NCBI GenBank assembly: GCA_046290225.1
Contig: JBKAGE010000039.1
Span: 32,001 to 96,000, forward strand
Length of the DNA: 64,000 nucleotides
Source of the DNA: Bradymonadia bacterium
GTDB taxonomy: Bacteria > Myxococcota_A > Bradymonadia > UBA7976 > UBA1532
Reading direction: 5' to 3'
Shown here: one piece after another, positions 30,039 through 39,376 of the stretch
Numbering within the stretch: position 1 is the first letter of the stretch
Layout: each line of letters starts with the position of its first letter
The notes under the pieces: model-generated
What the model was told of the DNA's origin: nothing
The model's database searches: none
The model's input: the letters and a program-made list of their open reading frames with translations, nothing else
Made by a program: the position numbers and the translations under genes

Positions 30039-31049
30039 GTGAAGATCGCTGTCTTCAGCACCAAACCGTATGACCGTGCCGCCCTCGACGCGGCCAACGG
30101 CGCCCACGGGCACACGCTGATCTACCTCGAGCCCCACCTCGACGCCACCACGGCACCGCTGGCCTCTGGAGTCGAGGCCGTGTGCCCCTTCGTCAACGAC
30201 GATCTCTCGGCGCCGGTCCTCAAGACACTCGCCGAGGGTGGGGTGAAGCTGTTGACCCTGCGCTCTGCGGGGTTCAACCACGTCGACCTCCAAGAGGCGG
30301 CACGGCTGGGCATCACCGTAGCCCGCGTGCCTGCCTACTCGCCTCATGCCGTGGCTGAGCATGCCATGGGGTTGATCCTCACCCTCAACCGCAAGTTTCA
30401 TCGGGCCCACCAGCGGGTGCGAGAGGGCAACTTCGCCCTACAGGGTTTGCTGGGGTTCGACCTGAGGGGCAAGACCATCGGGGTGCTGGGTACGGGCAAG
30501 ATCGGCGCAGCGTTCTGCCACATCGCGCTGGGCTTCGGTTGTCGGGTCGTGGCCTGTGACCTCTACCCCAGCGATGACGTGAAGGCCATGGGCGTAGAGT
30601 ATGCAGATCTGGCCTCCGTCTTTGCCTGTGCCGACGTGATCGCGCTGCACATGCCCCTCACCCCGGAGACCCATCACGTCGTCGACGCGAAAGCCATCGA
30701 GCAGATGAAACGTGGCGTCATGCTCATCAACACGAGCCGTGGTGCTCTAGTGGACACCCGGGCGGTGATCGAGGGGCTCAAGCACGGTCACATCGGCGCC
30801 CTGGGGCTCGATGTGTACGAAGAGGAGGCCGACCTGTTCTTCGAGGACCTCTCCAACACCGTGATTCAAGATGATGTGTTCGCGCGTCTGCTGACGTTCC
30901 CCAACGTGGTCATCACCGGACACCAGGGATTCTTCACCCGAGAGGCCCTGCAAGCCATCGCCGAGACGACGTTGGCCAACGTCACGGCCTTCGAGCGCGG
31001 CGAAGGCACGCTGCACGCGGTGAGCACAGAGGTTCAGGGCGTTCGATGA
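30039..31049 (+). CDS. ldhA: D-lactate dehydrogenase (D-2-hydroxyacid dehydrogenase)
   Basis: MKIAVFSTKPYD, RSAGFNHVD, RVPAYSPHAVAEH, GTGKIG, NTSRG, LDVYEEE, GHQGF. Confidence 0.9.
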   Translation: MKIAVFSTKPYDRAALDAANGAHGHTLIYLEPHLDATTAPLASGVEAVCPFVNDDLSAPVLKTLAEGGVKLLTLRSAGFNHVDLQEAARLGITVARVPAYSPHAVAEHAMGLILTLNRKFHRAHQRVREGNFALQGLLGFDLRGKTIGVLGTGKIGAAFCHIALGFGCRVVACDLYPSDDVKAMGVEYADLASVFACADVIALHMPLTPETHHVVDAKAIEQMKRGVMLINTSRGALVDTRAVIEGLKHGHIGALGLDVYEEEADLFFEDLSNTVIQDDVFARLLTFPNVVITGHQGFFTREALQAIAETTLANVTAFERGEGTLHAVSTEVQGVR

Positions 31050-31070
31050 GAGACAGCGGCCCGTTGCCGA

Positions 31071-32450
31071 TCAATCGCAGGTGCACGACAGCGGCGCGGC
31101 GGTGAGCTGGTTGACGGCTGCGCCTGGCAGACAGATCGAACCATCGAAAGGCAGTGCAGCAGCTGCAGCGGCGCTGCAGTCGCGGCAGCAAGCGTAGGCC
31201 CCCTGGCACTCACCGGCGTCGCAGCCCTCCCGTGTGCAGAAGCCCGTGCCCTGACCTTGAGGATCAAAGCACGTGCTGGCGCCTTCGCTCGGGCAATCAT
31301 CGTCGCTCTGGCAGAAGGTGCCCGTGCCGTCCTCGGTCACTGGCAGCTGCTGGCCGCCGCCCTCGGCGCTTGGGGCGCCAGGGATCTCCTGGATGTTCGG
31401 GTAGGAGATCAGAGAATAATTGTCCGCGAGCGCTGCACGCCGGTGATGCTGCCCTGCCTGCCGGGCCTCGTCTTCGAGCAGGGCCTGGAACCCGGCCATG
31501 CTGGGCATCCGCACGATGTTGATCTCGCTCCACTCGCGGCCGTCGCCGATGAACACACCCTGCACGACGAGGCGGGCCGTCGGGTAGACGCCGATGGCCT
31601 CAGAAGCCTCAGCGCCGGCGGCGGCGTATACCTCCCAGGCTTCTTGCCCAGTGCGTTCGGGCTCGTCGGTCCCCTCATCGTATTGAGCGACGTCGTGGAA
31701 GCGCTGCACATGGACCAGCTCGAAGGCCGGATCGGCTGGATCTGCGAAGGGGCTCTCTGGTGGCGTGAAGCCTTCGGGCAGGGGGGAAGATTGCAGCTCG
31801 GTCACCATCACGAGGCTCTCCTCAACCCCTGCCTCCTTGTGTACGGACCGGGCCTGGAACTCAGGGTGGGCGAGCATCGAGAAGAAGGCGAGCGGGCAGG
31901 GGTACTCCACGATGGCCACGGTCTCCCAGATCGTGTCGTCTCCGTCGATCTGCTCGTTCACCGAGGCTGAGAAGACGACCCGGGCGCCGATGGCCGTGAG
32001 AAACTCGATGGGGGCATAGAGCGCGTCGGCCTCTCGACCCGTCAGATCGGTCTCACGGCCGTCCGGGTATTGAGCCTGGGCGCGATACTTGATCAGGTTG
32101 AACATGTAGAAGGGCCCCTCGAGGGGGGCGTCGACCATCCGCTGCCGCTGCGCGGAGTTCGCGGCACCAAAAGAGGGGTCGGGCCCCCCTGAGGCTGCGT
32201 CGAGCACGTGGGCATATCGTTCGATGTTGGCCGGATCGGCACACAGGTCCGCCCTGAGCTCGATCACTGGGGTGTCGGCAGCATCAGGCGCCGGCGTGCT
32301 TGCGTCTTCAGGGGAAGGCCCCTGCGCCATGTCCATCGCGATCTCAGGGCTGGCGTCAGACTGGGGGGTGGTCTGGGTGTCATCCTCTTCAGTACACGCC
32401 AGCAGAGGAATACATGCGAGCAAGAGTGTCAGGGGGCGTCTCACGTTCAT
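31071..32450 (-). CDS. Lipoprotein with tandem DUF1330-like domains and C-terminal Cys-rich domain
   Basis: LAC-TEEDD; MFNLIKYRAQAQYPDGRETDLTGREA..LY and a second copy RFHDVAQYDEG..RTGQEAWEVY; 10-Cys tail. Start may lie between 32444 and 32468. Confidence 0.72.
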   Translation of the reverse strand: MNVRRPLTLLLACIPLLACTEEDDTQTTPQSDASPEIAMDMAQGPSPEDASTPAPDAADTPVIELRADLCADPANIERYAHVLDAASGGPDPSFGAANSAQRQRMVDAPLEGPFYMFNLIKYRAQAQYPDGRETDLTGREADALYAPIEFLTAIGARVVFSASVNEQIDGDDTIWETVAIVEYPCPLAFFSMLAHPEFQARSVHKEAGVEESLVMVTELQSSPLPEGFTPPESPFADPADPAFELVHVQRFHDVAQYDEGTDEPERTGQEAWEVYAAAGAEASEAIGVYPTARLVVQGVFIGDGREWSEINIVRMPSMAGFQALLEDEARQAGQHHRRAALADNYSLISYPNIQEIPGAPSAEGGGQQLPVTEDGTGTFCQSDDDCPSEGASTCFDPQGQGTGFCTREGCDAGECQGAYACCRDCSAAAAAALPFDGSICLPGAAVNQLTAAPLSCTCD

Positions 32451-32521
32451 CTCCTGATGTGTTGACAAAGGGTCGAGCTGCTCTTGAGCTCAAGGTAACG
32501 CATGTCTGGTCAACACTTCGG

Positions 32522-32540
32522 AAACGCTACAAAACGCTAC
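32522..32540. promoter_or_regulatory. Perfect direct repeat AAACGCTAC x2 (10-bp period), candidate response-regulator site
   Basis: AAACGCTAC-A-AAACGCTAC upstream of the DUF1330 lipoprotein. Confidence 0.45.
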
Positions 32541-32659
32541 GGAAGTCACCTCGGAAGGGGCTCAGCGGATGCCAGGGCGGGTTCGGTCTTGAGGGGGATA
32601 TCACTGTCAGGCGCGTGGAGCAGCCGAATGAGCAGTGCTGAGCCAGCACCGCACATGCT

Positions 32660-33859
32660 TCAGGAGGCGCGCTCGAGGGGAGCAGGCTGCTTTCGGCCGA
32701 GGGCGTTGATGATGCGATCTGCGGCGTTTCGAGCACCGGCGATGTTCCTCGCCGTGGGCCCCAGCTCCAGCTCTGCGAGGGGTCCCATGACGTGCACGCG
32801 GGGGTGCCAGCGCAGATCAGCGTTCACGATGGGGTAACCACAGGCTGCCGTAGGCAAGCCCGCAGCATCGATCAGGTCGTCGACCAGCGCGCCACCAGGG
32901 CGCGCTGTGTCGAAGCCTGTGGCGAGGAGAACGCGCGACACCTGAGGCCTCTCTGGCGTCGTCAAGTTCAGCTGCACAGCATCGCCGGCTGCTTCGAGCC
33001 CTTCGATCTCCGCTTCGTGCCAGGTGAGAGCGCCGCTCTGAATGGCGCGTTGGAGCGCCCGACGCACATCCGGAGGCACCGAGCCTCGATGTCGTGCCCG
33101 TTGGATCATCGCCCGGCGGCGATCCAGATCCTTCTCGTGGTTGTACTGCACCATGTACTTCGGACCGAGCCAGCCCGGATCACTGTCGAACTGGTGCTGG
33201 CGCAGGGCATGGCGCGAGACGAGGTGCACCGGATGCCCTGCCTTGAGCAGGCGCAGCGCCACTTGCCCTGCAGAGATCCCACCGCCGACCACGGCCACAG
33301 GAGACTCGCCATCAGTGGGCCAGCCGTTGAAGTCGCGGGCGAAGATGTGATGCACGTGAGGGTGGTCTCGAGGTGCCCAGGCGGGCCACATCGGGTGCTC
33401 GCTGGCGCCGAGGGCCAGCACCACGTTCTGGGCTTCGAGCGAGCGGCCAGAAGCAGTCGTCACCACGACACCTTCATCATTCACGGCGCAGGACACAGCG
33501 AGATCCTGCAGGTGGCACTGGCGGAGCGCATAGGTGTCGATCACCCGCTCACAGTGTGCGTTGAACAGGCTCAGAGCAGGTCGATTGTAGGGGGCCGCGA
33601 ACAGCCCGGGCTTGCGGGACCTGCGCTTTCCGGCGAACTGCTGAAGCGACCAGGGGCCCAGGTCGAGGTGATGCACCGCAGGAGAGCGCAGGTGCGTCAT
33701 ACCTGTGGTGGCGCTGCATTGTCGCCACCGCGAAAGCAGCGTCTCGGCAGGATCCAGAATGCAGATCTGCTCTGCGTCGATGTCACCTTCGGCGACGAGG
33801 CGGACGGCCATGTGTACGCCATGAAGCCCCCCTCCGATGATCAGCCATGTGTGGCCCAT
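32660..33859 (-). CDS. FAD/NAD(P)-binding oxidoreductase (flavin monooxygenase-like)
   Basis: Two Rossmann motifs (IIGGGLHG, VVGGGISA), HLRSPAVHH, QFDSDPGWLGPK, LLATGF, GPTARNIAGAR. Confidence 0.85.
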   Translation of the reverse strand: MGHTWLIIGGGLHGVHMAVRLVAEGDIDAEQICILDPAETLLSRWRQCSATTGMTHLRSPAVHHLDLGPWSLQQFAGKRRSRKPGLFAAPYNRPALSLFNAHCERVIDTYALRQCHLQDLAVSCAVNDEGVVVTTASGRSLEAQNVVLALGASEHPMWPAWAPRDHPHVHHIFARDFNGWPTDGESPVAVVGGGISAGQVALRLLKAGHPVHLVSRHALRQHQFDSDPGWLGPKYMVQYNHEKDLDRRRAMIQRARHRGSVPPDVRRALQRAIQSGALTWHEAEIEGLEAAGDAVQLNLTTPERPQVSRVLLATGFDTARPGGALVDDLIDAAGLPTAACGYPIVNADLRWHPRVHVMGPLAELELGPTARNIAGARNAADRIINALGRKQPAPLERAS

Positions 33860-33873
33860 GCACACTCCGTTTG

Positions 33874-33935
33874 ATGCAACTCAATTGCGTAAAAGCAATA
33901 ATTGCAACCACAGTGCATATGCAAGTCGTTTGGCT
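33874..33935. promoter_or_regulatory. Three tandem ATGCAA-N5-TTGCAT-like boxes
   Basis: ATGCAActcaaTTGCGT (33874-33890), TTGCAAccacaGTGCAT (33902-33918), ATGCAAgtcgtTTGGCT (33919-33935). Confidence 0.68.
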
Positions 33936-33947
33936 TTGTTGGGACCT

Positions 33948-34403
33948 CTAAGCCTGCTCCGAGTGGTGGACATGGTCTCGGAAGGCCACGGAGAAGCCTT
34001 CGAGCACCGAGCCCATCTTGCCTTCAAGGGCATTGCGCATGGGAGCGGATTTCTCCGAGAGCACAAAGAGCGCTTTGCCTACGAGCCGGCAGCGGGTGGC
34101 ATCGAGAGGCTCGATCTCCCAGTCGTTGCGCATGTGGGTGAACATTGGAGGCAGGGTCTCGCTCATCTCGTAGGTCAGAGCCTGTTGTCCGCGATCGAAG
34201 CGCGTGAGCTTTTGACGCACTGTGCCGAGGCTGGGGGTCTGGTTCACTCGAACACAGCCCTTGGTGAGAGGGCCCTCCAGGGCGCTGGCGTCGATGCCCG
34301 GGGCCCAGTCGGCCCACTCGCCGAATCCCTCGCCGAAGATCGCCCAGGCAGTCTCAGCAGAGGCGTTAATGTCAACAGTGGTGTGAATGATCATCTCGGA
34401 CAT
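33948..34403 (-). CDS. SRPBCC (polyketide cyclase/START-like) protein
   Basis: TVDINASAETAWAIFGEGFGEWADWAPGI, LTYEM, WEIEP. Confidence 0.8.
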   Translation of the reverse strand: MSEMIIHTTVDINASAETAWAIFGEGFGEWADWAPGIDASALEGPLTKGCVRVNQTPSLGTVRQKLTRFDRGQQALTYEMSETLPPMFTHMRNDWEIEPLDATRCRLVGKALFVLSEKSAPMRNALEGKMGSVLEGFSVAFRDHVHHSEQA

Positions 34404-34528
34404 GGTCTCGGCTCCTGCTCAGCGTTGTCGAAAGAAGCAGTCCCTCAGGGGACGATTCGACCCTAGGGCGCTGAGTGGGCAAGAGGAAGAGCCGCTGGTT
34501 GACCAGGGGGGCACGAAAATGTGCAGGG

Positions 34529-35509
34529 TCAGCCGCCTCGAGTCTCGAGAAACAGGTAGGCGCCACCATGGATGTTCTTGATGTAGGTGGGCCAGGCGGT
34601 CTTGCTCGTGGGCTTGATGATGCGCTGCTCATAGAAGCTGCCCTTGTGACTCACCATGGCGATCAGGCTCTCCATGTAGATGCGCAGAGGCACAGGGTGG
34701 GCTGAGGTGAGAGCGGCCCAGTGATCGCTGGCGTAGATCACCTTAACGGTCTGGTCCTTGGGATCAGCGTAGAGGGCGGCGCCGTGATAGGGGTGAAAGA
34801 TGTCGAAGGGGTACAGGCGCTCGTAGAACTCGGTGGCCCCTACCTTGAGGGTGCCGATCTTGAGCTTCTCTTTGGGCCCATAGCAGCTCTCGCCGGTGAG
34901 CCGGGCCTTGGCAGGCTGCAGAAAGATGTCGCTCCACGAGGGGATGCCGATGGTGGAGAGCGCCGTGGCGTCATGGGCCGCCGCGTACAGAGGGTGGCTC
35001 ATGTCGGCGAGGGTGGCATAGGGCAGAACCGTCTCGGGGAAGCTGGGCGCCTCCGCCTTCCTTTTGATCTCGGCCCCCACCATCGACAGGCCATTGAACT
35101 GGCCCATGAGCGTGCGCAAATCGTCGGGCAGCGGGAAGCCGATGGCCTCCTCTACCCGGGTCATGAGCGCCTCGTCCGCTGGGGCACCGGCGGCAAGGTG
35201 GTACACCATCTTCTTTCGGTAGTCGGCGAACTGCTCTTGGAACGCCTTGAGGGCGCCTTGCATGCGCTCGAGGTAACCCTCGAGGGAGCCGCCGAGATCA
35301 TCGAGCTGCAGGATGGTTTTTCCCTTCTCGATGGCCTTGGCCACCTTGGGGCCCTCGGGATCAGACGTCAGGATGGCGTTGGATGAGGGAAAGCTCCCGG
35401 CGACCCGAGCGCCCTGGCCCAAAATCAGGGCGTTGAGCTCTTCTTTTTTGAAGCCGTCAAAGCGGCCACTCACGTACACGTTAAGAGATTGCCAGTCGAT
35501 CGTACTCAC
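34529..35509 (-). CDS. BRCT plus SMI1/KNR4 (SUKH) domain protein
   Basis: N-terminal ligase-type BRCT (VSGRFDGFKKEEL...GARVAGS...GPKVAKAIEKG); SUKH signature PADEALMTRVEEAIGFPLPDDLRTLMGQFNG. Confidence 0.7.
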   Translation of the reverse strand: MSTIDWQSLNVYVSGRFDGFKKEELNALILGQGARVAGSFPSSNAILTSDPEGPKVAKAIEKGKTILQLDDLGGSLEGYLERMQGALKAFQEQFADYRKKMVYHLAAGAPADEALMTRVEEAIGFPLPDDLRTLMGQFNGLSMVGAEIKRKAEAPSFPETVLPYATLADMSHPLYAAAHDATALSTIGIPSWSDIFLQPAKARLTGESCYGPKEKLKIGTLKVGATEFYERLYPFDIFHPYHGAALYADPKDQTVKVIYASDHWAALTSAHPVPLRIYMESLIAMVSHKGSFYEQRIIKPTSKTAWPTYIKNIHGGAYLFLETRGG

Positions 35510-35588
35510 CGAGATCTCCTCTGAAAGGGCTGATGGCGTGAGCGAGGATCGTGCGACGAGCGCTACAGATGATCAAGTGTCCATCATC

Positions 35589-35605
35589 TTCAAAAAAATA
35601 TTGAA
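35589..35605. promoter_or_regulatory. Palindrome TTCAA-N7-TTGAA in an AT-rich divergent promoter
   Basis: TTCAA AAAAATA TTGAA flanked by CATC and GATG. Confidence 0.5.
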
Positions 35606-35742
35606 AGAGATGTTGAATCGCATTGCTTCTCCTGGCTCTTGCACCTGGGTACTTTCAAATTATCACCACATGTCGCCATGTCGTCATTGGGGCGTGACTG
35701 CCTTATGGCCTGATGGTTGGCGTTCGACAGAGGAGACAGGAC

Positions 35743-36732
35743 ATGAAAGCACAACTCATCCGTACGAATGGAGCCGCTGAGGTCTTTGAAGAGGTGGAGA
35801 TCGAGCGCCCCGTCGCCGGCCCGGGTCAGGTGCTGGTGAAGATCGCTGCCTCCAGTGTGAACACTGCTGATTTGATGGCTCGATCCATGGGGCCGGTGGT
35901 GGACTTTATCCCCACGCCTCCAGCGGTGCTCGGGATGGACTTCTCTGGCACTGTAGAAGCTGTGGGCGAAGGGGTCGATGGATACTCCGTGGGTGACTCT
36001 GTTTATGGCTGCGCCGGCGGAGTCGCACATCATCAGGGCACGTTGGCAGAGTACATCGCTGCTGACGCACGGCTGATCGCACAGGCACCAGAGTCGCTCT
36101 CGATGGCAGAGGCTGCTGCGCTGCCCCTCGTCTCGATCACCGCGTTCGAGGCCCTCTTCGATCGTATGGGCATCAGAGCAGGTCAGAGTGTTCTCGTACA
36201 CGGCGGGGCTGGCGGGGTTGGTCATGTGGCGGTTCAGCTGGCTGTAGCTGCCGGCGCGAAGGTGTATGCCACCGACAGCGGCGAAGGGCGTCTCGCCGCG
36301 ATCGCCGAGTTGGGGGCCACGCCCATCGACTATGCTGCAGAGTCTGTAGAAGACTATGTGGCACGATACACCGACGGCAAAGGGTTCGACGGGGTGTTCG
36401 ACACCGTGGGGGGACCCAACATCTCCACCTCGATGGCTGCGGTGAAGCTCAACGGTCAGGTGGCCACGACGGTCTCCATCGGTGAGGTGGATCTCACCAT
36501 GGCTCACCTGCGTGGTGCGACGCTGCACGTCATCTACATGCTGATCCCTCTCATTCACGATCATGGTGCTGCACGCCATGGGGAGATCCTCGACACACTC
36601 GCAACCCTGGTGGACGACGGCAAGGTCAAGCCCATCGTCGACACCGTGTTCCCCCTGGCGCAGGCCGCAGACGCCCACCGCAAGCTCGAGAGCAAGACCA
36701 CCCTGGGCAAGGTGGTCGTCGAGGTGAGCTGA
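35743..36732 (+). CDS. MDR-family quinone oxidoreductase (zinc-dependent ADH-like fold)
   Basis: SSVNTAD, LGMDFSG, AAALPLVSITA, HGGAGGVG, GKVVV. Confidence 0.9.
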   Translation: MKAQLIRTNGAAEVFEEVEIERPVAGPGQVLVKIAASSVNTADLMARSMGPVVDFIPTPPAVLGMDFSGTVEAVGEGVDGYSVGDSVYGCAGGVAHHQGTLAEYIAADARLIAQAPESLSMAEAAALPLVSITAFEALFDRMGIRAGQSVLVHGGAGGVGHVAVQLAVAAGAKVYATDSGEGRLAAIAELGATPIDYAAESVEDYVARYTDGKGFDGVFDTVGGPNISTSMAAVKLNGQVATTVSIGEVDLTMAHLRGATLHVIYMLIPLIHDHGAARHGEILDTLATLVDDGKVKPIVDTVFPLAQAADAHRKLESKTTLGKVVVEVS

Positions 36733-36790
36733 GCACTCTACACAGATATGAGCCCTCATACCTCTCACTGAAGACACATGGAGCCCAGTC

Positions 36791-37570
36791 ATGACACGGA
36801 CAGGCACGGTCAACTATCACGTTCACAGTGATGAGCGGCAGGCGTATCACATCGATGCCGGGGGAGTATCGGGCAAGCTCATCTCACCGAGTCATGTCGT
36901 CACTGATGTATGTGTACGAGATGTGCGTCTGGGCGAGGCGTCGGTCAGCTTCTCTCGAGACAGCGTCACCTTCGAGCATGCGCCCACACAGGCGAACATC
37001 AATCGAGAAGACGAGACCTGGCGGCCGGTCTACGACGAAGAGCTGATCGGCCTCTTGTGGCGTACTTTGGGGGTCAAGGAGGTGATCGTCTTCGATCACA
37101 CCGTTCGAGTGGATGATCCACAGGCCACCCGCAAACCAGCCCGCAACGTGCACACCGACTACAGTCCTGAGGGGGCGCGTCGACGCCTGGACGACATCCT
37201 CGGTGCGCCGAAGGCCGCAGAGTGGGCTCGAGGTCACTATGCATTCATCAATGTCTGGCGTCCGATCGGTGATCCCATCAACAGCGCGCCTCTGGGCTTT
37301 GTCCGCCCCTCCACTGTGCCCGAGAGCGATTGGGTGTTGATCGACCTCGTGTATCCTGATCGCATCGGTCACATCATGGGCCTCGTGGCCAATGATGATC
37401 ACGAGTGGGTGTATCAGTCGAGCATGACCCCCGACGAGGTAGCTGTGTTCAACATCTATGACAATCGCGGGTTGCCCTCCATCGGGCACAGCGCTCTCGA
37501 TCTCGTGGAGCGCGAGGACGTGCACACTGTGCGCAGAAGCATCGAGAGCCGCACGCTGGTGCGGTATTGA
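36791..37570 (+). CDS. CmcJ/NvfI-family oxidoreductase
   Basis: FDHTVR, PARNVHTDYS, INVWRPI, PLGFV, HEWVY..MTPDEV, HSA, RRSIESR. Confidence 0.8.
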   Translation: MTRTGTVNYHVHSDERQAYHIDAGGVSGKLISPSHVVTDVCVRDVRLGEASVSFSRDSVTFEHAPTQANINREDETWRPVYDEELIGLLWRTLGVKEVIVFDHTVRVDDPQATRKPARNVHTDYSPEGARRRLDDILGAPKAAEWARGHYAFINVWRPIGDPINSAPLGFVRPSTVPESDWVLIDLVYPDRIGHIMGLVANDDHEWVYQSSMTPDEVAVFNIYDNRGLPSIGHSALDLVEREDVHTVRRSIESRTLVRY

Positions 37571-37586
37571 GCCTCTGGAGCACACC

Positions 37587-38546
37587 ATGCACGCTCAACA
37601 GTCCTTTCCCGAGATCAACCGAGCCTATAACTCGGTCTTTCAAGTCGGGCGTCTGACCATCGGGCTCGTTGTGCCCATCGAGTCGTATCCCATCGGCGCA
37701 GCCCCGAGCATGGCGCGGCACCTCGAGCGGGTCAGGCTCGCAGAGGCTCTGGGTTTCTCTGCTGTATGGCTGCGCGATGTGCCCTTCGACGTACCGTCGT
37801 TCGGAGACGTGGGGCAGGTCTTCGATCCCTTTGTCTATTTGGGGGCGCTGGCGGCGACGACAGAGAAGATCGCCCTGGGTGTGGCCAGCGTCATCCTGCC
37901 TCTGCGTCACCCCGCTCATGTGGCCAAGGCTGCAGCGTCAGCTGATGTGCTCTCTGACGGTCGAGTGCTCCTGGGCATCGCCTCAGGTGATCGGCCAGAA
38001 GAGTATCCGGCGCTCAACCATACGTTCCCGGATCGGGGGGAGCGTTTTCGCGAGAGCATGCGTTACATCCGCGCCATGGCAGAAGAGACACCGCGCTTCT
38101 CTAATCTGTACGGCACCCTCTCCGGGGCCATCGACATGCTGCCCAAACCTCGAGGGGGGCGATTGCCCCTGCTCGTCACTGGTGGAAGTCAGCAATCACC
38201 AGAATGGGTGGCGAGGCATGGCGACGGCTGGATGACATACCCACGGGATGTCGCCGGCCAGGGCCGTGTCGTGGCGGCGTATCGACGCCGCATCGCCGAG
38301 ACTGGTGGTCACAACAAGCCGGTGATGCAGTCGCTCTACATCGATCTGCTCGGGGATCCGGATGCACCCCCCCGACCCATTCATCTGGGCTTTCGGTCAG
38401 GGGTGAGTCATCTACGGGCGTACCTGCGCGCGCTGCAGGCACAGGGCGTGAACCATGTGGCTCTGAATCTGCGTTTCAACACTGCTGACATCGAAGAGAC
38501 TTTGAGGCGGCTCGCCGAGGCGTTGCTGCCAGACTTCACGCGTTGA
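37587..38546 (+). CDS. Luciferase-like (LLM) flavin-dependent oxidoreductase
   Basis: WLRDVPFDVPSFGDVGQVFDPFVYLG, LPLRHP, ASGDRPEEYP, GVNHVALNLRF. Confidence 0.88.
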   Translation: MHAQQSFPEINRAYNSVFQVGRLTIGLVVPIESYPIGAAPSMARHLERVRLAEALGFSAVWLRDVPFDVPSFGDVGQVFDPFVYLGALAATTEKIALGVASVILPLRHPAHVAKAAASADVLSDGRVLLGIASGDRPEEYPALNHTFPDRGERFRESMRYIRAMAEETPRFSNLYGTLSGAIDMLPKPRGGRLPLLVTGGSQQSPEWVARHGDGWMTYPRDVAGQGRVVAAYRRRIAETGGHNKPVMQSLYIDLLGDPDAPPRPIHLGFRSGVSHLRAYLRALQAQGVNHVALNLRFNTADIEETLRRLAEALLPDFTR

Positions 38547-38560
38547 GAGGACCCCTTCAT

Positions 38561-39358
38561 ATGTCGAAGATCATCTGTATCACTGGCGCCACTGATGGCA
38601 TTGGCAAGCTGACAGCACAAATGCTGGCGTCGCAGGGCCACACCATCCTGCTGCATGGCCGTAACCCGTCCAAGCTCGATGCTGTCGCTCAAGAGATCGA
38701 TGGGCAGACAGAGCAATACATCGCTGATTTGTCGAACATGCGCGATGTCGAGGCCATGGCCAATGAGATTGTGCACCGCCACGATCGCCTCGATGTGCTC
38801 ATCAACAACGCGGGTGTCTTGAAGACGGCTCACACGAAGACCCGTGAGGGCCTCGACATCCGGTTCGTGGTCAACACTCTGGCACCCTACGTGCTGACCC
38901 ATCGCCTGCTGCCCATCATGCCTAAGGACGGTCGGGTGGTGAACCTGTCCTCAGCGGCTCAAGCACCTGTGAACCCGGAGGCCATGGCCGGGCGGCTCAC
39001 CCTCGACGACATGGGGGCCTATTCGCAGAGCAAGCTCGCCATCACCATCTGGACACAAGAACTCGCGAAGGTGTTGTCCGAAGGCCCTGTCGTGGTGTCG
39101 GTGAACCCGGGATCTCTGCTCGCCTCGAAGATGGTGAAAGAAGGCTTTGGCATCGCCGGCAATGATCTCAGCATCGGCGCCGAGATTCTGTGCAAGGCTG
39201 CCCTGGACGACAGTTTTGCCCATGCATCTGGGCTGTACTTCGACAATGATGCCCGACGATTCGGACCTCCACACTCCGCTGCGGGCAATCCGGCCCACGT
39301 GGAGATGGTGATGAAGGCCATCGAAGAGGCTCTGGTGCTGCTGTCTCCTGACAACTGA
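38561..39358 (+). CDS. Short-chain dehydrogenase/reductase
   Basis: TGATDGIG, NNAG, YSQSK. Confidence 0.9.
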   Translation: MSKIICITGATDGIGKLTAQMLASQGHTILLHGRNPSKLDAVAQEIDGQTEQYIADLSNMRDVEAMANEIVHRHDRLDVLINNAGVLKTAHTKTREGLDIRFVVNTLAPYVLTHRLLPIMPKDGRVVNLSSAAQAPVNPEAMAGRLTLDDMGAYSQSKLAITIWTQELAKVLSEGPVVVSVNPGSLLASKMVKEGFGIAGNDLSIGAEILCKAALDDSFAHASGLYFDNDARRFGPPHSAAGNPAHVEMVMKAIEEALVLLSPDN

Positions 39359-39376
39359 AGGTGAAAAATATTGCGT

